A stretch of 64,000 nt of DNA. Origin: Stylophora pistillata. Lineage: Eukaryota. Of this stretch, positions 1 to 10,431 are shown piece after piece. The notes under the pieces are model-generated. The model searched no databases, was not told where the DNA came from, and saw only the letters and a program-made list of their open reading frames with translations. Positions within the stretch are counted from its first letter, which is position 1; each line of letters opens with the position of its first letter. The position numbers and the translations under genes were made by a program. Location of the stretch: NCBI RefSeq assembly GCF_002571385.2, contig NW_019217918.1:124817-188816 (forward strand), given 5' to 3'.

Positions 1-102
1 ATCTTTTGCCGCTTTTTGCTTTTCCATCGCCGAAATTGTCCAAGAATTACGAATGTAGTTCTTTTTTTTTTTCTTTTTATGCGCGGAATCAATGCGGGCA
101 AT

Positions 103-200
103 CCCGAGCGGGCAAGATGGGCCCATCTTGTCCGCTCGGGTAGCCAATCAGAATACAAGATTCGCTTCATCTTACCCACGGGCGCTGCTAGCGATGTAAT
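103..200. repeat. End of a non-autonomous DNA element with a 38-bp palindrome
   Basis: CCCGAGCGGGCAAGATGGG|CCCATCTTGTCCGCTCGGG (103-140, one mismatch), followed by TAGCCAATCAGAA...TTCGCTTCATCTT, a layout typical of anthozoan interspersed repeats. Confidence 0.6.
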
Positions 201-977
201 GACATGCCTTACCATAGAGTTAGCGAAAAAAAACAAAAAGTGGTTCACAAGCAATATACTAGGATGTCTATGACCTTTGACGTATTTTGACGTTTTCTTT
301 TGGACACAAGGTGTTGTGGAATTCAAAATAGGTTTTTGTTTTTAGTCAGTGAAGACATAGTTAATCGATTAACTATGGTGAAGAGAAAAGTAAAATGAGA
401 AAAAAGATATACTTTCATCGTAGCGCTCTAATGTTCTAAGATTTTTTTTGCAGTTAGGTCTTTCTTCATTTCGCAAAGAGCACTTTATTTTTCGGTTACT
501 TCTTTCTCACAGTCAAGAAGATCTTTTTTTTCGAGGCTTTTGGAGTGGTCTCGCAGTTATGTGCTCAGGCATGTTCTTTATTTTGTTAATCTGAAAAGAC
601 CCGGCCAAACAAATCCAACATTTTGAGTGAAATTTTGTCCAACTTTGTTGAATTGTGCTTGTTGCATGTTTCGCTTTCATGTTGCGTGATATTGGAGAAA
701 GGTTGATTGCCGTCATAGTTCGTCTTCAACATCATTTATGATGCGTGCACATGCTCATTAAGTATCTCTGTACCTCCGTTGGTTTTGCTACCCCTGGATT
801 TTGTAATATTTTGCACCCAAACTCTTGTTTCTTAGTGTGGCATTCAGTGTTTTGCACTGCATTGTTTGGTCCCCACACATTGCAATGTGGAGCATTGTCC
901 AACGATTTCGAGTTAGAAATTTTAAATGATGTCGGGGCCGTGTGACTAAGACTCAAGACGTCAATTCTTTTTTTCAG

Positions 978-1097
978 GTTCGGTGGGCGGATCTGGAGGA
1001 GAAGAAAGAGTTGGAACACAGAAGAAGGATCGGTTTTTGTATAGGTACCGACTGGAGCTTGTTAACGGATCCTCAAGCGGAAATTCCCCGTATGTAG
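978..1097 (+). CDS. YLPM1: Terminal (or near-terminal) coding exon of YLP motif-containing protein 1 (ZAP3)
   Basis: Strong acceptor TTCTTTTTTTCAG|GTT, then VRWADLEEKKELEHRRRIGFCIGTDWSLLTDPQAEIPRM*. This matches the YLPM1 C-terminus as I recall it (KKRVRWADLEEKK...AIGFVVGQTDWEKITD). Upstream exons not found in the window. Possible polyA signal AATAAA at ~1962. Confidence 0.85.
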   Translation, partial: VRWADLEEKKELEHRRRIGFCIGTDWSLLTDPQAEIPRM

Positions 1098-2475
1098 GGA
1101 TAGAGTATGGTGAGTTTAATAATCCTGAGCTGTATCTGTGGCCAGGAAGATTTGAGGAACGTTGGAAATCCAGCATTGGGTGCTTTTGCGCCTCGAGATC
1201 TTTTCGTGAATATTTCATGGGAATAATCTAATATCTGTTTTATTGGTATTGAGTGAAAAACATTACTGAAAAAGCTTTTACAACAGAGTAGAATGATAAA
1301 GTGCAACCGCCCTGCATCTTGCAATCAAATACATTACAAGAGACTTCGAAAATCTAAGGAAAAGCTCTGGTATTTTTCTTTGAGAAGTCGACTACAAAAA
1401 GTACGTATGCGGCCAGCAAAGTTTTACTTAATAGTGAACCGCATGAGAACAAGGCTGTTAGTAAGAGCCCAGAAATAGAACGTTAGCACTCTATCTAAAG
1501 GGGGATTTATCTTTCAAAAGCTTTTAGCGAGGCAGTGACGGTTTTTTGCGACCCGTTTAGGTACCTCTGGAGAATCGTCCAAGCGTGTGGAGCCCCAAAC
1601 AGGAGATCATGACAAGAAATCAGACAAAATTCGTTGGGACTTCTTCATTTAAGCTTGTGCCCCTTAAGATGAACCCTTTTGTACAATGTTTGTCATACTG
1701 CGGTTTTTTTTATATTCTAAGCTTTGAACTAGACTCGTGATTTCTATTAAAAGACTCCGAAATCCGCCGTCCCACAGGAAAAATGTTTTGATGGACAGCT
1801 CTTCGTGGCCAGAGGATTAATGGGCTGTTAGGGATTTGTTGAATAATTCTTAAGCCAAAAAAATTAAATCATTTTAAATCAGTTTAAAACCATGTTTTCC
1901 TACCAACAGAAAAAAGGTTAAGTAGTGTGTATAGTTGCTTGGAATGTTTCATAGATTTTCTAATAAATATAAGAAACGTTGTGTGGGTTTGTTGAATTAT
2001 ACAAGCAAAATGTTCCCTTACGTGGATTTTTCCTTCTTTGTTTCTCTTCCACATAGTGCAATTTCATCTCGGTACAAACAATTTCATCGTACAATTTCAT
2101 AGTGCAATTTCATCTCGGTTTCATGTCGGTACAAACAAAGACCGTAATTAATATTAATGAGAAGATGAAAAAATACCCCTATGCACCTGCTGTTTTTCTG
2201 CAAATACAGATTGAAAAAGCAGTCAAACTTCGTCTCTTGTACACATCAGTCGTAAAAAAAACATCCGCGACGAAATGTCCTTGAAACAATGGAGTGTAAA
2301 GACCAACTTGCATAAACCAATGCAGAAGTTTTAATTTCAAAATCAAAATTGATTGTACGTTTATCTTGGGTTTGATAATTAAAGCGGTTTGCTAACAGAT
2401 ACAATAAGAATTTGTGTCGTTTCTTCTGCATTTAACACCGGTTTTTTGTTTTGTTTTGTTTTGTTTTTTTTTAAC

Positions 2476-2799
2476 TCAAGGAAATTTTCCGGTGGATTTC
2501 GACGTGTTCTGTATCACGATAAGTAAATACTCGTGTTCGGGCGCCAGCATTATCTCGAATTTCTTTGTTCGTATCCGGAAAAACTGAATATCGTCAGTAG
2601 GGTCGGTCTCTCTTACTGTACTTTTAGCGATGGCTATTAGTGCGATGCAGTGTTGTACGTAATATGTCGTTTCTGTCGGGCCCAGAGTACTGTGAATCGC
2701 TTGGCCATCTTTGTCGACGATTACCACACCGACGACTTTTTTATGATCTTCGATGCGTTTCAGTACATCCTTAACATCGCTTATTCCACGTTCAGCCAT
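2476..2799 (-). CDS. DYNLRB: Dynein light chain roadblock-type (LC7) protein, 107 aa, intronless CDS
   Basis: MAERGISDVKDVLKRIEDHKKVVGVVIVDKDG...STVRETDPTDDIQFFRIRTKKFEIMLAPEHEYLLIVIQN carries the roadblock/LC7 signature (DP..D..F.RIRTKK.EIM.AP...Y.LIVIQN). ATG at 2799 in an ACAATGG context. Confidence 0.92.
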   Translation of the reverse strand: MAERGISDVKDVLKRIEDHKKVVGVVIVDKDGQAIHSTLGPTETTYYVQHCIALIAIAKSTVRETDPTDDIQFFRIRTKKFEIMLAPEHEYLLIVIQNTSKSTGKFP

Positions 2800-2818
2800 T
2801 GTTTTCACCCAACTTGAC

Positions 2819-2897
2819 CTGTTTGAATGTAAACAAGTGAAATTATAACTTTTTTTTTTCTTCAACAAAGGTTACCCGTTACCAGGATAGCACTTAC
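2819..2897 (-). promoter_or_regulatory. Putative 79-nt 5'UTR intron of the roadblock gene, containing an X-box-like (RFX) motif and a forkhead motif
   Basis: Minus-strand donor AAG|GTAAGT at 2897 and acceptor AAACAG|G at 2819. GTTACCAGGATAGC at 2878-2891 (X-box-like). TGTAAACA at 2828-2835. Confidence 0.5.
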
Positions 2898-3826
2898 CTT
2901 TGTTATCGAAAATTACTTTTTAAGATCCTTCGCGTTCGAACCGGTCGGGTTTGTTCGGTGCGCACTAATGCATGAATGAAGTTTCGCAATGCTCGAATTT
3001 CACCTTATTTTGAAATTGCTATCGTGAAATCCCGTGGTCAGAATCTTTACACAAAACAGGTTCACTCCGTGTGACGTACAGTATCTTATCTAGGGTGAAA
3101 TATATGCTTTTAACGCGAACAAGTCTGATTGGACTACTTCCATAAACCCTTAAGTTGAACGACGTTGAACAAGCTTTATAACAGTCCTTTATCGGTTATT
3201 CCCTCGAAATTTGCATTGGGTGTAATTTTGATCACGGCGTTTCCATGGTTTGAATATATTAGATTTGTTATGATCGAAGGTGTCAAACGATTTCTCTCAT
3301 TAGATTTCATAAAACACTTCGATCGAGATAATTGAATTGCATACCAGTGTTAACACACTCGTATGTGATTTTTTTTTTTTTTAAAAAAAATTGGAAATAT
3401 TTAACGAAATTTTCCAAGTTACTTCAAAGAATCATGTGCATGTATGTATTTTGTATGTTCTATGTTATGCAAATTGTGTCAATGTGATAGATACATCTTT
3501 GGGAATATTGAAAGACATTTGAATTATCAACCTGCCATGTTATTTTCCATTTTTACTAACTTCTGTTCCAAGACATTAAATGAGGAAGGTATCGCAGTTT
3601 GAACAAGTTATGACTAGCAAGTATCGTACGTGCAATTAAAATGGAGGAAAAAAGGTATGAAGCTTAGTAAACCAAAAGAAGAGCAAAGAATCTTGGTATT
3701 AAGATCAGAAATGAAATAGAAATTATCCCTAAAGCTGGAAGTACTTTAAACATGACAGCTCATTACATGATGACAAATGTGTTAACTTCGATAGTTAACA
3801 AGTTCTTGGATTGAAAACAGATCTCG

Positions 3827-4271
3827 GTGGTCATGTCGACGATCTACTTCTATGAAATCACCTGGTTTTATCCGGCGTTAATCACCATACTCGCCTATTA
3901 CACGGCAATAAATGCCGTAAAACGTTATTTGGACGGAGATAGTTACGTGGAAAAGATGAGCGCCTCCAATAGTTCAGGATTGGTTGTGTTCGACCACACG
4001 ATTATTGCGGGAAAGGTGATGATGACTGTTATATTATCATTATTAATCTCGATTACAAGGAGTTCCTTTAAGTGGGTTAAACGAACAGTTTAAAGCATCA
4101 TTCGTACGTAACGCTAAATAAGGAGCCAGGCGAAATTCCAGTGAGAAACGAGTCACAAAGGTCAGCAAAATGAGCCGACTAGAAATCGAAACATCAACGA
4201 TTAAAACCGAGGGTATGAGAGCGCGCGAAAACGTGAACGCGAGGAAAACCGCAGATGATGAAGTCGGGTAA
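3827..4271 (+). pseudogene. Possible decayed class A GPCR fragment (TM5, TM6-like, helix 8, C-tail)
   Basis: WFYPALITILAYY has the P5.50/Y5.58 spacing. KVMMTVILSLLIS is TM6-like. After a frameshift comes LNEQFKASF (helix-8-like, 4077-4103), then a stop-interrupted hydrophilic tail. No DRY or NPxxY seen. Confidence 0.35.
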
Positions 4272-6974
4272 TTCGGATTATTGTCGTGGATCATCGAAAC
4301 TAGTTCGCCGTAGAGCGAGCGTTCCGAAAACATACTCCAACCTCAGTGATTGAGTTAAAATAAGTAGAACTTAAGAAGAAATGCGTTATGTCATCACTCG
4401 TTTCACCGAGGAAAAAAGAGCAAAAATCCAAACAAAAGGAAAATACTATTTTGAGGCCAACCGTTTAACACCCAGAAGCACTTCCGCCAGCTGTTGGAAG
4501 ACAGCAATTGGTCAGCAAACCTTCCCAGAGTCATTATTAACGATGATTTATATGACACCTTTCTGGCACCAGGCGGACGACGTATTGTTTCGTCATCGAT
4601 GAGGCAGCTGCGGTTGATGAATGAATAACCAGCGTTACATCTCCCTCCCCTCCCCTCCCCTCCCCTCTTCTCCGTTCCCCTCCCAATCTCTACACGCACA
4701 TCGTATTGATTCGTCAGTCTTCGACTTTGGTAAGTATGTATGTGTCATTGAGAAAAACATTTGAAAATCATTCCAGATTTGTATACGCGCACGGCTCAAG
4801 CAGTTCAGTTTATAATGGCTGTTACGCCAGCAAAAACTGAGAAAATGGAGGTAAAATGTGAACACAGAAAAAGTACAGTGAAGAACATTTTTCACTTCTA
4901 CACACTCCTGTGAGTTCATGGAGGATAAAGTTTAAAGTAACGCGGATCCAAATTTGAATGAATAACAAGGTCGGATTGACTGCTGCGCCGAAAAAAAAAG
5001 AAGAGAAGAGCGGGTCGGCAGATTTCCGCATTCGTCTTCACCCTCTCCCTTCTCCTCTTGTCGTTTTCTGGTTTGTGTTTCTCGCTTTGCCTTCGCTTTC
5101 TTTGAGCAAAACGATTCTTACTTCGCCACTCCTAACGTCGATCAAACTGGAAAATGAAACTTTTATTCTGGATTTTGAAGAAAGAAAAGGCGATGAAAGA
5201 GGGAAATTTTTATGGTTGGCCATAGAACCCTCAGCAGTTTCATAACCGTGAATGCTCTCGGATTTTGCGCCTCCTGGTGTCTCAAACTTCGACACGGTTT
5301 ATGTATCGGCACAATGGAGAGGCGCTCTATATAGACTCAGTCATGCCCTCTTAGATGAGACAGTCTACCGCTTTACAGACCAAAAAGAAAGTTGCATGAA
5401 ATTTATTTCCGGTCACAGTTACCTTCGTTAGAGAAATGGAAACTTGCAGGCAATCTTTGAACCGACCTCCTCACCGCAAGTACGTAAGTGCGCCCGCTAG
5501 CCAACATTTGTTACCGCATGCTCAGTCCCGTCGGTTATGTAGGTGAGGAAGTGATCTTTGAGTTACCAACTAGGAGTACTGCTTCGACGTAATATCTTTC
5601 AAAAAGAACGAAAGAAGAAAATAGCCTCCATAATGAAACTATAACAATAGGCAAAGTTTGATATGCTGATATCAGTTATACGGCTTGGATGGCAGCCTTG
5701 GAGAGTATCTGTCTGAATTGATCACGACTTAAAGACAATGTACGGATATTCTAAGGAGTTACAACACGTCAGTCAGTCGTTCTTTCAAGGATTAAGGGCT
5801 AAAAACTATCATCAAAACAATAGCGAAAATACTCAAAGATCACTGTTTGTGACTCCTTGAAAAATGCACAATTCTACAAATTCCAATGCGTAATCGACCA
5901 CGCCCTGAAGTCTAAGCTAAAGGTTGTGTGTATCGCATTTTACAACGACGTTGTTTCATCCAATGATTGTGTGACGTCTCCAAAAAAAAAGAATTTGTCT
6001 TCAGACACACGTATTCGAACTTTCATCGCAAGAAGGTATTTCTTCTGAGTTTTACAAGGCCACTATTTCATTTGATTCGATCAATTCCTGATGTTGAGTA
6101 GATCAGTACTGTCTATGCTCACAGTCCCAGATTTTTTAAGTATTATTAAGTATTTTTAAGTATTATTGGAGTATTATCTTAGTAGTTTCCAAACTCCTGT
6201 TCTGCCGACTCTGGTATCAAGGTTTCATCTGAAAAAAAAAAAAAAAAAACGCTGATAATAGTCCCTGGTTTATTTGGGGTCTTTCGCAGATAATAGTTAA
6301 AAAAAAGTAACATTTTCTTTTTCTTCTGTTTTGTTCTGTCTGTGGAAAAAAAAAAAGGAAGGTATCGATTGCACTGAAAATGATCATTTTTCGTGTAGCG
6401 ATACCAGGTGCAATTGCAGACTAAGCAGAACGTACGCAAAAGGACAAATAAATTAAAATTGACTCTTCTTGTTAGGGACCATAAAAAAAATTGCTTGATT
6501 GAAGAATTTAAAAAAATACGCACAGACATCCTTACTGATGTACGAGTAGGAATGTTAAGTTGTCTTTCTAACAGCTTCTAGATGAAGCCTGCTTTGTTAG
6601 CCTCTCCACTCACGGTTCTTCTATAGCTGTTTCATCTGGCGATTGTGTCTCCTTTTCTTCTATGGGTGACACCTCGGCGCATGCCTCGTGACCTTTGCTT
6701 TAATCCCAGCCAACGAGCGATAGCCCGGTCACTTCTTTTGCCATTTTAATGTTATTATCATTATGATGATGATTATTGTTACTATTATTATCATTGCTTT
6801 TTTTTAGGCAAGTGGAGACAAACAATGGACTAACATGAGGGGCGAGACGCGGGCGACGCGATGGGTACGTGTATTCTAATTTCAGCGCTTATTTCCTCGT
6901 GTGCGCCTTTTGTTCGGGAAACCGATTCCTCCCTGTAAGGCTGTTGCCCACAGTTCCGCAATACATTCTGTTAA

Positions 6975-7087
6975 TCGAGTTTAACTCCGCCTAGATGTCT
7001 CGTAGCGGGAATATCTAGCCGGTCCCAAGCCCGGAAAAAGGAGGAGGGTAGGGTGTGGGGCCAACTGCCCCACCCCACAAAACTCGA
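6975..7087 (+). ncRNA. Twister self-cleaving ribozyme (P1-type permutation), RTE-retrotransposon 5'UTR-like
   Basis: L1 UAA 6982-6984 (predicted cleavage U6982/A6983). P2 CUCC 6985-88/GGAG 7040-43. GCC 6989-91. P3 hairpin 6991-7018. P4 CCGG/CCGG around loop UCCCAAGC 7023-30. GAGGG 7044-48. The core GCCGGUCCCAAGCCCGG and GAGGG match the well-characterised rice twister as I recall it. Confidence 0.9.
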
Positions 7088-7417
7088 CTTCACAACACTC
7101 AAGATAGAGACTTCTCACGCTGAACAAAAACGCGAGTTCTTTCGAGTTATTGAAGAACAAAAAGGTACCTTGTCGTAAATTATTAATTCTAGCAGTTGTA
7201 GGAACTCACTCGCAGCTTTTTTACCGGAACACCCGTCTTCATTCAATACTTTACAGTGGAACGATGGATTCTCCGCAAAGAAGGGAAAATGAAAATTGCT
7301 GTAGGGTATTTAAAATAAATAACAAACTGGTTGGTCAAGCCACTTAATGAATAACTAACCACAAATAAACAAGAAAAGACTGAAATTTAAGAAGAAAAGG
7401 ATAAGACAACGGATGTT

Positions 7418-7443
7418 AAGAAGAAGAAGAAGAAGAAGAAGAA
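7418..7443 (+). repeat. (AAG)n microsatellite = 3' tail of the minus-strand LINE
   Basis: About 8.5 AAG units next to TTTATT (minus-strand AATAAA). Confidence 0.85.
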
Positions 7444-7964
7444 TGGTTTATTCAATACATTAATAGCAGCATGGACTGAACTGTTAAGGTTTACAATGTA
7501 CAGAAGGGGAAATTTTTTAAATATAATTACAAAATTACTTGTATGCTTACAATAAGAATCCTACGACTACGACTACGAATATAAAATTTTAGAATTGGCT
7601 CGGTTGAATTGCTAAAAAAGAACTACATATTTGTTGACGAAAGTGTCACGACACCTATTGGTCTTACATGGCTTTACACGGTATGGTCTAGCATTCCTGA
7701 GGTCCTTAGTTGGTCTCTCGTTGAAAGGAATAAGAGGGTGCAGAACATCAAGGGGGTTATCTAAAATTTTGTTAAAAAGTTTTTTACATATTTCCGTCTT
7801 TCTTTGCTCTAACGTAACGAGGCCTGAACGTGCCAGGGCATCTGCACTTCGTAACTGAAAATTATCCCAAAAGCACGTTTCTGTATTCGTTCAAAACTTA
7901 AGGTAAGATATTGTGGAAGACTAAAATGAAAAACCTGGCAGCCATAAAGTAAAACAGATTGGAT

Positions 7965-8396
7965 CTAACCGCCTCCCGGTTAGCTCAATGGATAGAGCGC
8001 TGGACTGTCGTGCGGGAGGTCGAGGATTCGAGCCCCGGCCGGACCAACACTCAAGGTCTTAAAATAATTGAGAAGAATTTGCTACCTTTCTATAACATCA
8101 AGAAAAGGTTAGATATTCTAGTCTTCTCGGATAGGGACGAATAAATGGAGGTCCCGTCTCCTGCAGGGTTGGGGTAGGAGACGTTAATTTCCCACACACG
8201 AGGTTACTGTGTGATGGATGTCCTCCCCTGGGGTGGGATGGGTGGGAAGGTGAGATCGATAGACTGAAGCGGCTGTCAGAGGCGCCTGATATGCTGACGT
8301 CTGTTCTCAACCTTACACTGCACCCGTAATTCAGCCTCTGGGCTGCAAGTGGTCAGATATAAACTATATAACTAAACTATATAAACTATATAACTA
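7965..8396 (+). mobile_element. tRNA-derived SINE with a Deu/Nin-like central domain, inserted into the LINE
   Basis: A box TAGCTCAATGG and B box GGATTCGAGCCC in a tRNA-like head. Central GGATAGGGACGAATAAATGGAGGTCCCGTCTC...GACGTTAA. LINE-type 3' end TAATTCAGCCTCTGGGCTGCAAG plus an AT-rich repeat tail. 7-bp TSD ATTGGAT at 7958-7964 and 8397-8403. Confidence 0.9.
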
Positions 8397-10288
8397 ATTG
8401 GATGCAAGGAACATAGAACTGAACTAGTTCTTCAGGTGAAACTTTGGCATACTTCAGTTGCGCTAAAAGAAACAGGCGTTTGGAAGCTTTTTTTGTATGA
8501 ATTTTACAACCAGCGATTTCTACAAGTTCATAATTTGTCGGAGGCGTGCGAAGGTTTTCCTAAGCTCATTACATTTACTGGGGTGAAGTTGGAACTTGTT
8601 GTCAACAGACCATGTAGATACCTCTTCGAGGATGGACTGTGCATGACTAGACCCTTTTTTCTACACTATCTCGTAGACTGTAGTATCCCCGTTCGAGGTA
8701 TCTGCACTAAGATCGTTTAGCAGAACGAGGAACAGCCAAGGGCCCAGTTTGGTACCCTGAGAAACCCCTGCACGAACTGAGCGCCATTCGGAAAAGCAGT
8801 CGTGCCCTAGTTTGACTCTTTGCTGCCTTTTGGAGAGAAAGGATGCAATCCAATTCATGATGTAAGGATTAATATCATATTGCAAAAGCTTGGCCATCAA
8901 CAGACTATGACCTATCAAGTCGAACGCCTTCTTATAATCTAGAGTAAAGGCCCTTACACAGTTTCCAGTTCCATCAAGAGCGCGAGTCCAATTATGGAAC
9001 ATGCCAATCAAGGCATGCGTAGTAGAGGAACCCGGGATACATCCAAACTGGTCTGGGCAGAGCTTTTTCAGAACAGGCTTCACATGCTCTTGAACAGCAA
9101 AATGTTCTGCTATTTTCGATAAGGTAGGGGTAAGTGAAATAGGTGTAAGATCTTTCTCGATATCCTCTATGTTGTTAACTTTAGCAAGAGGAGTGACGTT
9201 AGCGTATTTCCAAATTTCAGGCATAGAGCCAGTAATGAAGGATGGATTCAACCGAACAAACTCGGGCTGAACAACTTCAAGAGCAGACTCACGTAATACC
9301 CAGTTTGGGATGTCATCTGGGCCACCTGCTATAGAGGGGGCCCACATGACACTGTTCAACTGAAATAGTTGGAGCCTCATAACCGGATGTGCTAACGTGA
9401 TAGTCATCAGGAATGGGCGAAAAGGCTTGTTGTGGACGTAGAAAGGCTTGATTGATGTCGTTTGCGAGGCGTTTAATATTGTCATCAGTAAAAGGGCTTG
9501 TCAATTAGTAGCTTGTTAGATAAGTCAGATGGTGTTTTCTCATGCCGCAAATGCGTCTGCAGTGTGCCCACCACTGAATTTCTTGTAATTAGGATCTGTA
9601 TCTTTAAACTCATGGACTTTCACTTGGTAATAAGTGGATTGCAGAGTTTTCGTTCTCTGTTCACCATGTTTCGATAGTAGTTGAAAAGCCGTTTGTTGCG
9701 ACTGTGATAGGCTGTTTGTCGCCGCGAGATAAGAGACTTAAGCCTAAGGGAGATCCATGGGGCATCATTTTGGTGGATTTTAACTCGCTTAGTTGGTAAA
9801 ATAGAATCTAGACCAATTTGGATCAGTTCACTAAGAACGGAATATTTATCTTGAACACTGTCCATGGTGTCAATTAAGGACCAATCGAGACCAGTTATAT
9901 ATCGACCAAAGGCCATTTTAGACTCAGAGTTAGAGACCCTTGTACCGATTACTCTTTTTGAAGGGACATTGGTCTTCAAACGGGCCTTGGGACGAAGACC
10001 AAAGGTGCAGTGATCGGATAAGCCAAAGGGTGGAAGATCAGCAGGTGCATTGTAGTAATCACTTAAATTGGTCATAATTTTGTCCAATATACGATTGCCC
10101 CTGATTGGAATTTTGACCACTTGGGAGAGATGGAACTGATTTGTTAACGAAGACACATCAGCTCTGTTGAAGTCACCAGCTAAAATTATACCTGCATTAG
10201 GAGCACTGCTCACTATTTTTAATAGGGAGTCATGTAGATTGGTCAACATGAGATTCTTTGATGTATACACACACACCACCGTGTTGCA

Positions 10289-10431
10289 TAGGTGGTTTGC
10301 ACGTTACGTCATGGCCGCCATGTTGGTGGACGTAAACAATGGACATCTCATTAGCTTCTTTTGTTCGTCCACCAGCATTTGTTCCTTTCACCAGTTACCT
10401 GTGTCTCTAGAGATTGGTTGCAAACCACCTA
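10289..10431. mobile_element. 143-bp MITE inserted in the LINE endonuclease domain
   Basis: 13-bp TIRs TAGGTGGTTTGCA / TGCAAACCACCTA. It separates RKDRSH from QHGGVCVY of the APE domain. Confidence 0.85.

Noticed and set aside
2800-2868. N-terminal extension of the roadblock ORF in the ORF track
   Set aside because: Non-ATG start, falls mostly in a predicted 5'UTR intron, and homology begins at the ATG at 2799.
5038-5335. Short minus-strand ORF with a KVSF motif and an upstream TATATA
   Set aside because: About 61 codons running into low-complexity sequence; no independent support.
6179-6745. Exon-like minus-strand pieces (MAKEVTG...; ...ETLIPESAEQEFGNY*) with splice-like sites
   Set aside because: In-frame stops and incompatible phases; no family recognised.
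7969-8043. tRNA gene candidates here and at 13895-13965
   Set aside because: Acceptor stems do not pair properly, and both continue into SINE bodies.
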